Made by a program: the position numbers and the translations under genes
Assembly (NCBI GenBank): GCA_977020255.1
Contig: CDROCS010002743.1
Coordinates: 186,001-250,000, forward strand
Direction of reading: 5' to 3'
DNA length: 64,000 nt
Origin: Obrimoposthia wandeli
Lineage: Eukaryota
Part shown: piece after piece, positions 1-11,800 of the stretch
Layout of the letters: the number at the start of each line of letters is the position of its first letter
Numbering within the stretch: position 1 is the first letter of the stretch
Notes under the pieces: generated by a model
Seen by the model: only the letters and a program-made list of their open reading frames with translations
What the model was told of the DNA's origin: nothing
The model's database searches: none

Positions 1-599
1 CATCTTTTTATAAACAAAATTCTGTGTAATTCCAGGTGTAGTATTTAATACATAATATTTAATACATAGAGAATATAAAGAAGAAATTATACAAAATATT
101 GAACGAAAAATATATTAATTTGAATTATTATTGGATTAGTGAGTAACACGTGTTATGACATGTTTGGAAGAATAAATGGATACAAGTATTACTTAGAAAA
201 AAACTGAATTGGTGGTGTGCCATGTTAGTATCATTTATTAAACTTGATTCTTCAAATGATTTATGCAACTGTGGGATCTGATAAATCAACAGTAGATGGT
301 TGGAGTATGGATACATATCAATCAATGTTTGATGAAGTAAAATGATTTGTCTTCGAAATAATATTGAAAGTAAAGATTATTAAAACATTGAAATATTTTT
401 ATTGAAAGAAGTATTTAAAAAATAAGTGTATTTGCGCGAAGAATACTGAAGTAAATATTTCTAAACTAGCAAAAAACCTGTATGTATTAGAAGAATTATT
501 GTTTCGGACAAAGCTCGGTAATTTAATATTCGCAATTGTGGTAGTTTTTTTAAGAAAGTTAAATAAAAGTGGATTCTTGTCGACATATTTGATTTTTAC

Positions 600-1375
600 T
601 ATGGAACAAGCTATTGCGGCTTCCATCAAAAATTTGAACGTTTTCCCAATATTTTATGGAAGCCAGGACGCGAAACCGTTTTTCACATTAGAGCTGATGG
701 CAAAACTACTGATTGTAGAAGATAATTTGTCGACACTGAGGCTGTTTGACATGCTGCTGGAAATTTATTATAATTTAAGCTCCACAGATAGCGCAGATTA
801 TGCTTGCATTAAAGCAGGATTGTGTGAGCCTTTTGAATCAAAAAATATGCGGCTTTTCGAAGATTCCGTGAGTGACGGATGGTTGATGGAGAAACATTCG
901 ATGCATATTTATCTGACCTCAAACGCCTGGCCAGGTATGAAGGGCTGTCTAGTGAAGTGATGCGGCTTGCTTTTGTTGACGGTCTCCCGATAGAATTGTC
1001 TAAGGCGTTACCAGAATCCAAAAACAAGGACGAAGATTCAATTGAAGAGCTATTATCCCATGCCATGATTCAAATGGGATCAAGAAATGCACATGATGCT
1101 CTTGGAGTCGGCGCTGACATGAAAAAATAAGCTTTTGTAGCAACCAGGTCCTGTTTTATATGTAAGGCAGTTGACCATCTGGCCAATAGATACGAAAACG
1201 GGAATCTACATGCGCCAGCAGCTTCCCGAAATTAGGAAAGGCGAATGGTGTGGTCACAGGGACCGTCAAAGTTGGTGGCAAGGACGCTGTGGCTTTAGTG
1301 GACTCTAGAGGTACCCAGTCAATTATCACCTCTCAGATGGCGACAAGGTAGATGTAATTTGTGTAGATGGTCGTG
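600..1375 (+). mobile_element. Decayed Ty3/Gypsy gag-protease fragment
   Basis: ORFs 499..960 and 879..1130 give gag-like ETFDAYLSDLKRLARY...RLAFVDGLP. These are followed by a broken zinc knuckle (CFICKAVDHLA) and an aspartic-protease-like VALVDSRGTQSII. Frameshifts and stops present. Confidence 0.7.
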
Positions 1376-2603
1376 GATGGAATATATATATATATATAAT
1401 ATAAATGCCAGCGTATCTTAGAAATTTTTTGTTTTAACAATAATTGCACAGCCTAATGTATATACATCTTAGGTGCAACAATAATGACTGCAGATTGGTT
1501 AAGAAAATCTCAAATAACAAATAGTGGTGGAATATTTGAAATTTATTCTTCGAATATTTGCAACGATTTACCAATGAATTTAGGAAACCGTAATAATGTT
1601 GAAAAATTCAAGATTTAACTAAAGACTTTACTATACAGAAAATATTACGAAGAATAATGGAAAACAAGAAGCACTTTTTGTAATAAATTATAAATTTATT
1701 AGATATTAGCGCTATATTAAATATAATACTTTTACTGAATATAATATTTCCATGATCAGGTAACGTATTATATGAATGGAACCTTTATTTTATTATACAT
1801 TTTAAACAATTATCGTAAAATTGCATTTGATCACCTATTATTTATTACCTATAAGCTGCTTTAGAAATTTAGGTTCTATTCCAATTTGTCATTTTAAATT
1901 GAATGATTTTACTAAATCGTCTTTAAATAGAGAAACTTTATGTTACATTTTATGTTTATATATTATGTTGTGTTTTACAATGGTAATAAGTGGTAAATGT
2001 GATGATGATGATATAGTGATGATCATGACCTGAAATGGGAATGAAATATGAATGTAATAAAAGATTGGAATGGATTGTAAATCGAGTGAGAATCTTGATT
2101 TCTAAACTTAATGCTATTTAAATTTTATAATAGTCAAGTTTATAATTATTGTCAATGCGTAACTGACTTCACTACAGAATAATATTTCTCAATTATCAAA
2201 ACTTATTATAACTTTCCATTGTTATTGATAAGTATAAAGTCGCACATAAGTCAATAAACCAGTTCTTTGAAATACAAATAAATTATCCGCAAGTCTTGTC
2301 TACTCATATTATCCCGCAAAACCCTATTTCGCACACATGTTTTCCCAGGCATTTGTGCATAGTCGTTAAATATTTTCAATATTTCATTATTTTCACTTTA
2401 GTACATGTGTATGTGTAAATTCTAAATTGTTCCGGATATTAATCAACAGTTAATCATCTTGGAATATTCATAATGGTTTACTATATTTTGGATAGACTTA
2501 GGTGTCTAGACTATGCAACTCAGAGCGCTTGGCTATTTTCATCATCTTTACATGAGATTATCTATCTGAAGTACATCAGAGTAATTGTGTGGCGGTGGGG
2601 CAG

Positions 2604-2968
2604 GCATCTACGGTGCCGGTTGTCTCATCACCGAGGGCTGTCGAGGCGAAGGTGGATACCTCATCAACAGCGAGGGAGAGCGCTTCATGGAGCGATATGC
2701 CAGTACGGCCAAGGACCTGGCGAGTCGCGATGTAGTATCGCGCTCCATGACGATTGAGATCCGGGAGGGACGAGGTGTGGGTCCTCTCAATGACCACATG
2801 TATCTAACTCTCACACATCTGCCGGTCAAGCTGCTACACGAGCGTCTACCCGGCATCTCCGAGACCGCCATGATATTTGCTGGTGTCGACGTAACGCGCG
2901 AACCGATCCCCGTGCTTCCCACTGTGCACTACAACATGGGTGGTGTACCCACCAACTACCGCGGACAG
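2604..2968 (+). CDS. SDHA: Succinate dehydrogenase flavoprotein subunit, internal exon (first one visible in window; upstream exons lie outside)
   Basis: [32 protein letters not shown]...[22 protein letters not shown]...[20 protein letters not shown]. Acceptor cag|GCATC, donor CAG|gtcagt, 365 nt (phase 1 to 0). Confidence 0.97.
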
Positions 2969-3472
2969 GTCAGTACTGTCAACTTGTTTTCCTCAGAAAA
3001 TCAATTTCGTTTGAGTAAGTTACTCAATGAAATTACTTTATTTCATAAAATGTTGTCTTCTGTATTTTCGTCTCTGCTTCTTTAATAGTATAGGTTTGAA
3101 ACATGTTTCTGTATATATAACTATCAGTTTTGTAATCTAAAAAGCTAGATGATTTTTACGTTTTACACGCACCAATCAGTATGATAAAAAAATAGTTTAA
3201 TTGTTTTTAAAGAAATATATATTTTTATAATATGTTTTGTTTCAAAGTTTCAAATCATCATATATTTTTGAATGTTTTAGAAAAGAAAAGATAACAAACA
3301 AAAACTGATTATACTAGTATGTAATTTCGCTTATTCGAAATTTGTATCCTTATGTTTTGTTAAAAAAAAACATTTGAAATAACTCTGGATAAATAAATCC
3401 TAGATATTTAACTGCATGTATTAAGTTCTTCTGGTAGTCCGCGTTTCGATTGACATTGATTCTGGCTTATAG

Positions 3473-3754
3473 GTACTGCGATATGATGCAGCACGTGGCA
3501 AGGACATCCTAGTGCCGGGACTGTATGCGGCAGGTGAGGCGGCAAGTGCTTCTGTCCATGGTGCCAATCGTCTTGGCGCTAACTCGCTGCTGGATCTTGT
3601 AGTGTTTGGTCGTGCCTGTGCTCTCACCATAGCTGAAGACCCGGATAACAAGCCCGGCCAGAAGCTGCCATCGTTGCCTGCCGATGCCGGGGAGGCCTCC
3701 ATACAGAATCTTGACACTCTTCGACACTCTAATGGTAGCCACTCTGTCGCAGAT
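3473..3754 (+). CDS. SDHA: SDHA exon
   Basis: [37 protein letters not shown]. tag|GTA...GAT|gtacgt, 282 nt, in frame with neighbours. Confidence 0.97.
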
Positions 3755-5514
3755 GTACGTTAACTAATCAAACACATACAATAAATATCAACATTTTACA
3801 TTTTAATATTAGTGTCACAATAAACAAGAAATTTTAAGAAATTTTAACTTCCATTCAAACAATAAACGAAACATTAAATTATAACTGATTATTATGTGAT
3901 AACTATACTTAAGGCTATTGTACCATCATAAAGTAGAATTAATGGTGTACTCAAGCCTGTGTAAATGTTATTTAAAGAAAAAAAAATATACAACTTTAGG
4001 TACTTGATAAATCAGTGTAATTTCATGTTTTTACCAGCGTGTTTACTGTAACTATTAAATTGATATACATGTTATATAGGCGATAGTGTTGGTTAAACGG
4101 TAATTGTTGTGTTTTATCTAAAATATATTTATAAAGCCAAAGGTAATTCTTTCTAATGTTTTTGAACGCCTGTGTCATTTAGTCCTATGGCCTCCCTCTG
4201 ATCTGTCATGGGTGTATCACGTAAATATATTTTATAAAATTTTTTTGAGGATGTAATTCTAGAAAACTATATTGTAATTAAATATTTAGAATTTCGATTT
4301 AGAATCTTGTAAAACGTATAAATAATCAGTTGAGTTTTTGTTAGAAAAGTGTTTTTTCGAAAGCAGACATTTTAAATAATCTGATTCACTGAGATATATT
4401 TTGTTGTGTACTCTGCAATTTTGTAAATTTTATATATATATTTTCACATTGGGGTGTGACCAACCACACACTAATTAAACAGTTGACTAGTTACTTAATG
4501 TACATAATTTAGAAAACGATTGATACTTCTACAGCTTCTAATTTCGCTTCAATCGATATTTGTTTCCATTTTTTTACAGAGGTATTCTTAAAAATAGTAT
4601 ATATTTAATCAAAATATCTAGTTATTATATACATTATCTTTAATATATTATATTTCTAAGTGGATAAATTCAATAATTATTGATCTCTGAATATCTGATA
4701 TAAAAATATTGTATGAGTAGGTAGAAAGATGGAGTCTAGATCACTTAAGCCCCCCCTTTGTGCGCACACAATGTTAAAGGATTTCACAACATAAGGGTGT
4801 CACACCATAAGGGTATATGTTGCCTCACCATAGTGATGACACACCATACAGGTATATGTTGACTCACCACAAGGGTGTCTTGCCACACCATAAGGGTCTG
4901 CCTCAGAAAGGTTAAGATAAGTGGGAGGGAGGAAGGGTCAAGTGATCTAGTTTCCACCCTTCTTTTGGTCAACCACTAAAGGGTTGTAGTCGTCCATAAT
5001 TCAAAGGGTCAGACTCAGTTTTGACTTGAAGGTTTTAAGTTATGGTCATGACCGTCTAGGGTCAACCAACATATCTAAAGGGTCATGGTCGTCCATAAAT
5101 CAAAGGGTCAGACTCAGTTTTGACTTGAAGCTTTGAAGGTATAATTGAGGTCAACTATGGTTGGCCATTACATCTAAAGGGTCATGGACGTCCATAGGTG
5201 AAAGGGTCGGGTTAAATTTTTTTTTTTTAAAATATCAAGGTTTTAGTACATGGTTGGAATCATATTTAGAAAGTTTTAAATGTCAAGGTTTGAATACATG
5301 GTTGTAATCATCTTTAGAAGACGAATTCATCCATATAGGTATGGTCGTCCATAGATGAAGGGTTAAAAATAGTTGGAATTTCATAGTTTTAAGTACATGG
5401 TTGTATTTGTCAACATAAATCGAGTTTAATCATGTAAAAATTTTATGGTCGTTCACAAGGTAAGGGTTAGATTTGGCATAAGTTAAGGAATTATATAGTA
5501 ATTAATCAATTATT

Positions 5515-5822
5515 CTATGTGAAAGTTAAAGTTCACTCTTATCAGTTAAGGAATGTATTACGTAATAACACACACACTATTCTATGTGAAAATTTAGGCT
5601 AAAGTTCACTCTTATCAGTTAAGGAATGTATTACGTAACAACACACACACACACTATTCTATGTGAAAATTTAGGCTAAAGCTCACTCTTATCAGTTAAG
5701 GAATGTGGTACTTAATAACACACACACTATTCTATGTGAAAATTTAGGCTAAAGTTCACTCTTATCAGTTAAGGAATGTATTACGTAATAATACACACAC
5801 TATTCTATGTGAAAATTTAGAT
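5515..5822 (+). repeat. ~61-bp tandem repeat inside left TIR (about 5 copies); mirrored at ~7410-7630 in right TIR
   Basis: Unit TATTCTATGTGAAAATTTAGGCTAAAGTTCACTCTTATCAGTTAAGGAATGTATTACGTAATAACACACACAC repeated head-to-tail. Confidence 0.9.
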
Positions 5823-6037
5823 CAAAGTTTTTTCCAGGCTTATGCATCTAAAGAATTATGATAAAATTTCTTTAAATAACTTAAATTATATATTAAAATA
5901 AAAATAAGAAAGAAGTCAGAGAATAATACAAAATTAAACATATTTATTATGTAATTTCATAATGTCATCTTCAAACTTAAGTGAATAACATTTGCAAAGT
6001 AAGAAAATCCCTTCTCTATACATTCTTTCCGATTCAA

Positions 6038-6900
6038 CGACTAAGTTACAGCGGAATTAATAGAAAAAAAAACACAAAGTTTGACGCTATGAATGAAAAT
6101 TAGTAAAATATTAATGTATTTGAATAATTGAATGATAGTTTGAATAAATGAGAGTTAGATTGAATGTAAATGAATACAAGTATGAATGCAAATGAGTCTT
6201 AGCAAGTGAATGTAATTTAAAAATAAGAGTGTCGAGAGTATGATTGAATGAAAGTGTTATTTAGACTATATGTAAATTAAAATATAGTTTTCGTATAAAT
6301 AAAAGTTATATTAAGTACCAGTTATATTAATAACAAGTAAGCAACTATAAGAAGCAGTGCTACTGAAGTATGTTAAAAGTTAAAATAACTAAGTTATAGT
6401 GAAATTAATAGAAAAATACACTAAGTTTGACGGTATAAATGAAAATTAGTAAAAATATTAATGTATTTGAATGATAGTTTGAATAAATTATAGTTAGATT
6501 GAATGTAAATGAATGCAAGTATGAATGCAAGTGAATGCAAATACATGCAAGAGTCTTAGCAAGTGAATGTAATAGGGGAAAAAATAAGAGTGTCGATAGT
6601 TTGATTGAATGCGAGTGTAATTTAGACTATAAGTAAATTAAAATATAGTTTTCGTATGAATAACGTTTTGTAAAGTTACAGTTAGATTAATAACAACTAA
6701 GCATCTATAAGAAGCAGTGATACTGAAGTATGTTAAAAGTTAGAACGACTAAGTTACAGCAAGATTAATAGAAAACAACACAGAGTTTGAAGGTATGAAT
6801 GAAAATTAGTAAAATATTAATGTATTTGAATGTAATTGAATAATATTTTGAATAAATGTCAGTTAGATTGAATGTAAATGAATGCAAGTATGATTGAATA
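6038..6900 (+). repeat. ~350-bp tandem repeat (2 full copies plus a partial) in the core of the TIR element
   Basis: ACTAAGTTA(C/T)AG..GAATTAATAGAAAA...GAAAATTAGTAAAATATTAATGTATTTGAAT recurs at ~6040, ~6390 and ~6748. Contains TGAATG(C/T)AA micro-repeats. Confidence 0.85.
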
Positions 6901-8894
6901 GCAAGTAGCTACAAGTACAAGTAAGAAAGAATACGATTGCAAGTACGAATGTCAATTATGAATGAAAATGAGTAAATATATTAATAAATTGATAGTTTAC
7001 TGTCGTTTACAATAAATTGACTTGTAAACATAATACATTTATGATTAATAAGTAAACTACTTGAAGTTTTTTGTTGTAAATTATATTTCAGTAATAACTT
7101 ACAACATATTAAACTGAATATATGCAAAAATATATTATTGCAAAATATATTGTTTTTTTCTATTAATTCCGCTGTAACTTAGTCGTTGAATCGGAAAGAA
7201 TGTATAGAGAAGGGATTTTCTTACTTTGTAAATGTTATTCACTTAAGTTTGAAGATGACATTATGAAATTACATAATAAATGTGTTTAATTTTGTATTAT
7301 TCTCTGACTTCTTTCTTATTTTTATTTTAATATATAATTTAAGTTATTTAAAGAAATTTTATCATAATTCTTTAGATGCATAAGACTGGAAAAAACTTTG
7401 ATATAAAATTTCACATAGAATAGTGTGTGTATTATTACGTAACACATTCTTTAACTGATAAGAGTGAACTTTAGCCTAAATTTTCACATAGAATAGTGTG
7501 TGTGTTATTAAGTACCAAATTCCTTAACTGATAAGAGTGAACTTTAGCCTAAATTTTCACATATAATAGTGTGTGTGATTACGCTATACATTCCTTAACT
7601 GATAAGAGTGAACTTTGACTTTCACATAGAATAATTGATTAATTACTATATAATTCCTTAACTTATGCCAAATCTAACCCTTACCTTGTGAACGACCATA
7701 AAATGTTTACATGAATAAACTCTTAATATATTGACCAATACAACCATGTACTTAAAACTATGAAATTCCAACTTTTTTAACCCTTCATCTATGGACGACC
7801 ATACCTATATGGATGAATTCGTCTTCTAAAAGATGATTACAACCATGTATTCAAACCTTGACATTTAAAACTTTCTAAAAATGATTCCAACCATGTACTA
7901 AAACCTTGACATTTAAAACTGGATTTTGTCTTTAGCCCGACCCTTTGATTTATGGACGACCATACTTTATGAATGAATTCACCTTCTAAAGATGATTCCA
8001 ATCATGTACTAAAACCTTGATATTTTAAACTTGATTTTGATTTTAGCCCGACTCTTTCACATATGGACGTCCATGACCCTATATATGTGATGGTCAACTA
8101 TAGTTGACCTCAATTATACCTTCAAGTCAAAACTGAGTCTGACCCTTTGATTTATGGACGACCATGACCCTTTAAATATGTTGGTTGACCATAGACGGTC
8201 ATGACCATACCTTAAAACCTTCAAGTCAAAACTCTGCCTGACTCTTTGAATTATGGACGACCACAACCCTTTAGTGGTTGACCAAAATAAGGGTGGAGAC
8301 TAGATCACTTGACCCTTCCACCTCCCCCCTATCTTAACCTTTCTGAGCCAGACCCTTATGGTGTGGCAAGACACCTTTATGGTGTGACACAATTATGTTT
8401 AGTCAACATATACCCTTATGGTGTGACATCACTATGGTGAGGAAACATATACCCTTTTGGTGTGACACCCTTATGTTGTGAAATCCTTTAACATTGTGTG
8501 CGCACAAGGGGGGTTAAGTGATCTAGACTCCATCCTTCTACCTACTTGTATGGTATCTTAGTTGAAAAAGACATCGGGATATTTAATGCATCTTATTAGA
8601 ATATCTTATTATTGATTTTAACCTACAAAATTTAAAAAGTACAATATTTTCCAAATTAATATCTTTACTCCTTCGTAATGCCTATTTAATACTTAATGTT
8701 GAGATTTATTTCTGGAAAACATCATTTACTAATTATATTGAGTAGTACATAAAATGTAAATATGGAATTATGTTTTATAAGCTTAGTTGACGTTTTTAAA
8801 TTCATGTTTATATGTTTGATATTTTATTAAATAAGTCTTATTGTTTTGAAATTTTTCTATGCCTTTTTTCTTACTATATGTTTATATTAATCCT

Positions 8895-11800
8895 GGTTAT
8901 GATTTCAATCGTAGACAATTCAAAAGAGTCAGATTCTACAAATACAATATATTTATACACACACAGGGTATCTAGGAACAAATATTCTCGATATGATATT
9001 TCCAGCTTCTGATTATTTAACTCTCCCCTTCACTATTCAAACTTCACATCTTCAGTCGTTTGATTCTCCCGAAGAGGTTTCCTGTTGGAAACTGAATTGA
9101 TACCTGTAATGGACTTAAAATTATATTATTCGATATGGGCCTTCATACTTGGGACTATTAATGCTTCTTAATTGAGTCCTTTTTAGCGAGCACCTATTCA
9201 TTGACTTCAAATATCCTCTCCCGTCTTCTTTCATTGTCTAACGTCTCTAACCTTTCAGCTGCAGTTTGTTGGTTCTTCCTTACGTATTAAATGATATTTT
9301 ATTTATTGTTTGTTGTTGCATTTGATGCTTAATTTTTTCTTTTTCTTTCATAAATGATTTTAAATAGGGAATGTTTGAAGAACTATTTACTGTTACATTT
9401 ATAGAAAATTCAATCTGTGGCAATAAATCGTACCAGCATTTTCCAATTTTAGTAGACGCTATTGTCGTAACAATCATATCTCTAACTGTACGTATAGCTC
9501 TTTCTGATGTTGATATGGTGCTGTAGCTACTGTTCAATATCCAATTTTCGTAGCCAATTCTGAAAATAATTTCAGTCAAATATTTGTCCTCTATCTGTTA
9601 AAAGGCTCTTAGGTTTCCCAAATTTAGATATCCAATTTGTCTCGAGTGCTTTAAAAATTGTTATTTCATCTTTTGTAGTTACTGATAGCGATACCAGTTT
9701 ACTAAATCTATCGATTACTATCAGCATATATTTCTTTTTATATCTTTGTTCCTTCAAATCGAGAACTATTTGATCTTTAAAAAAATAACTAAAGGAATAT
9801 ATATTTTGTTTCTTCTGCTTGTTTCAATTTTTCTTTTGGCACATAAACGCATTTTGATATGCATTCTTTTATTTCTTAAAAGTTAAAAGTTCAAATAAAA
9901 GTTATCATCTAGGCGACAAAGATATTGGTGAATTTTATTAGCGTTCTTCGGAGTTATGTAATTAAATCTGTAAAATGTTGTTGCTAATAAAAGAGTTTAA
10001 GTTATTCTTTTATCTGATAAATCCCACTTATTTTGCGTTCTTCTGATAAATCCTTACTTTCTAGTTGGAGGAAAACTTTAATTTCTTTTACGTGAATATC
10101 TTGTTGTTTTTATCTTATCTTACTCAAGAAGTGGTCTTCATTTAGTGAGGGAATATATCTTATTTTAGATATATTCTCTTGTGCATATAAATGTTTAGTT
10201 TCACACTGAGCACAGAATGTTTCATCCAATCTTGACATGCCATCGGCATTACCATGGTCTATATCTTTACGATGTTCTAATTTAAAATGAAATTCTGATA
10301 AATTTGCCAGCCATGTTTGAAATTGAAGACTGATTGGATTTTTCATCGTTCTTAAAAACACTAATGCTTTATGATCTGCTCTTGCCAAAAATTCTGTTCC
10401 ATATAAATATTGTTTGAAATGCATAATAAATTCGTATACTGCTAAAAATTCTTTTCTGGTAACATAATATCCTTTCTCATGGGAAGTCAGATGTTTAGAA
10501 GCGTATGCAATCACTTTTTCGTTTCTCATTTCATCCAGTTGGCTCAATACTGCCTCAATTGCACCAAATCTTGCGTATGTATCAATTATAAATTTTCTAT
10601 TTCACATGGGAAAATTTAACATGGGAGCTGTTGTTAATTTTTCTTTCAGGGGTGCAAAACTTGTTTTACAATCCGGTGACCATTGTATTGACTTTTTTAT
10701 CTCCGGACCCCGCTGCATATAGTGAAGCTGCAATATTTGCATAATCTTTAATAAATCGTCAATAATAGTTTTTCATTCCTAAAAATGATTTTAGTTTTCC
10801 GCTACAATCTGTTTCTTTGAAATTATAATTTCGTTGACTTTCGACTGATTTGTATGTATTCCGCTTTCTGTTATGGTATGACCTAGGAATTTTAACTGTT
10901 TCTGACCAATGTAACATTTATTAGGGTTTATTTTGAGGCCTGTCGCTGCAATTCTTTTGAATACTTCTCTTAATAATTTATAATGTTCTTCTTGGTTGTT
11001 ATTATAAACAAGGATATCATCCAGATATACAATTGTTCCTTTGAACAACTAACTATCCAATATTTTATGCATCAAACTCTGGAATGTTGCCGGTGCTGTA
11101 GCCAACCCAAATGGCATGCGATTGAAACAAAATTGTCCTTATTTTGTACTGAAAGGTGTTTTGCTTTTGACTCTTTCTCTAGATCTATCTGATAATAAGC
11201 TTGTCCAATATTTAATGTCGTAAATATTTTAGCATTACCTAGACAATCGAACAAGAGTTGTGCATCCGGTATGGGAAATGTAAACTTTTTGGTTACAGCA
11301 TTCAATTGTCTATAGTCAACACACATTCAAATTGTATTGTCTGGCTTCTTCACAATGACCAATAGCGAGTTCCAAGGACTTTCACAGCGCCTAATTACGT
11401 TTACTTTGAGTAAATTTTCAATCATTTCATCAACTTGGTTTTCTAAATGCATCGGTTGTCGTCTACGATTTTGACAAATTGGATCGGCAATAGTCTCAAT
11501 CTTATGAGTGACAATTTTGGTACATGCTAGATCAAATTTAGAACACACAAATATTTTCCCAAATTCCTCAATATAATGTCCTAGAATTGAGTCTATCGCA
11601 TTTTAAAAAATTATATATTTTATCTGTTCTTTCTTTCGAGGAAAACGTTTTCATCATGCAAGACGAGTCAAAATTACATACTCCCTGCAGCTTCATCTTA
11701 AATGTTTTCATTGTATCAATTCCAATAATAAATTGTGATTTAATTACTTCTACAACGATTATTTCCAAAACTTTCTCCTTTCCATTCCATAACACTTTAG

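Larger units (their letters stand above)
4716..8546. mobile_element. Non-autonomous Polinton/Maverick-type element with ~1.35-kb terminal inverted repeats
   Basis: Starts AGTAGGTAGAAAGATGGAGTCTAGA and ends TCTAGACTCCATCCTTCTACCTACT. TIR homology runs 4716-~6070 vs ~7150-8546. Perfect 6-bp TSD TGTATG at 4710-4715 and 8547-8552. No coding capacity. Confidence 0.85.

Noticed and set aside
2576-3742. Antisense ORFs over SDHA exons (2576..2797, 2608..2922, 3421..3717, 3509..3742)
   Set aside because: Shadow ORFs caused by GC-rich codon usage; they end where the exons end.
4784-4972. 62-aa ORF in the left TIR
   Set aside because: Arises from short sub-terminal repeats and has no domain similarity.
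5515-5822. Regular ~61-bp repeats that superficially resemble a CRISPR array
   Set aside because: Units are contiguous with no unique spacers, are mirrored in the opposite TIR, and lie in a eukaryotic intron with no cas genes.
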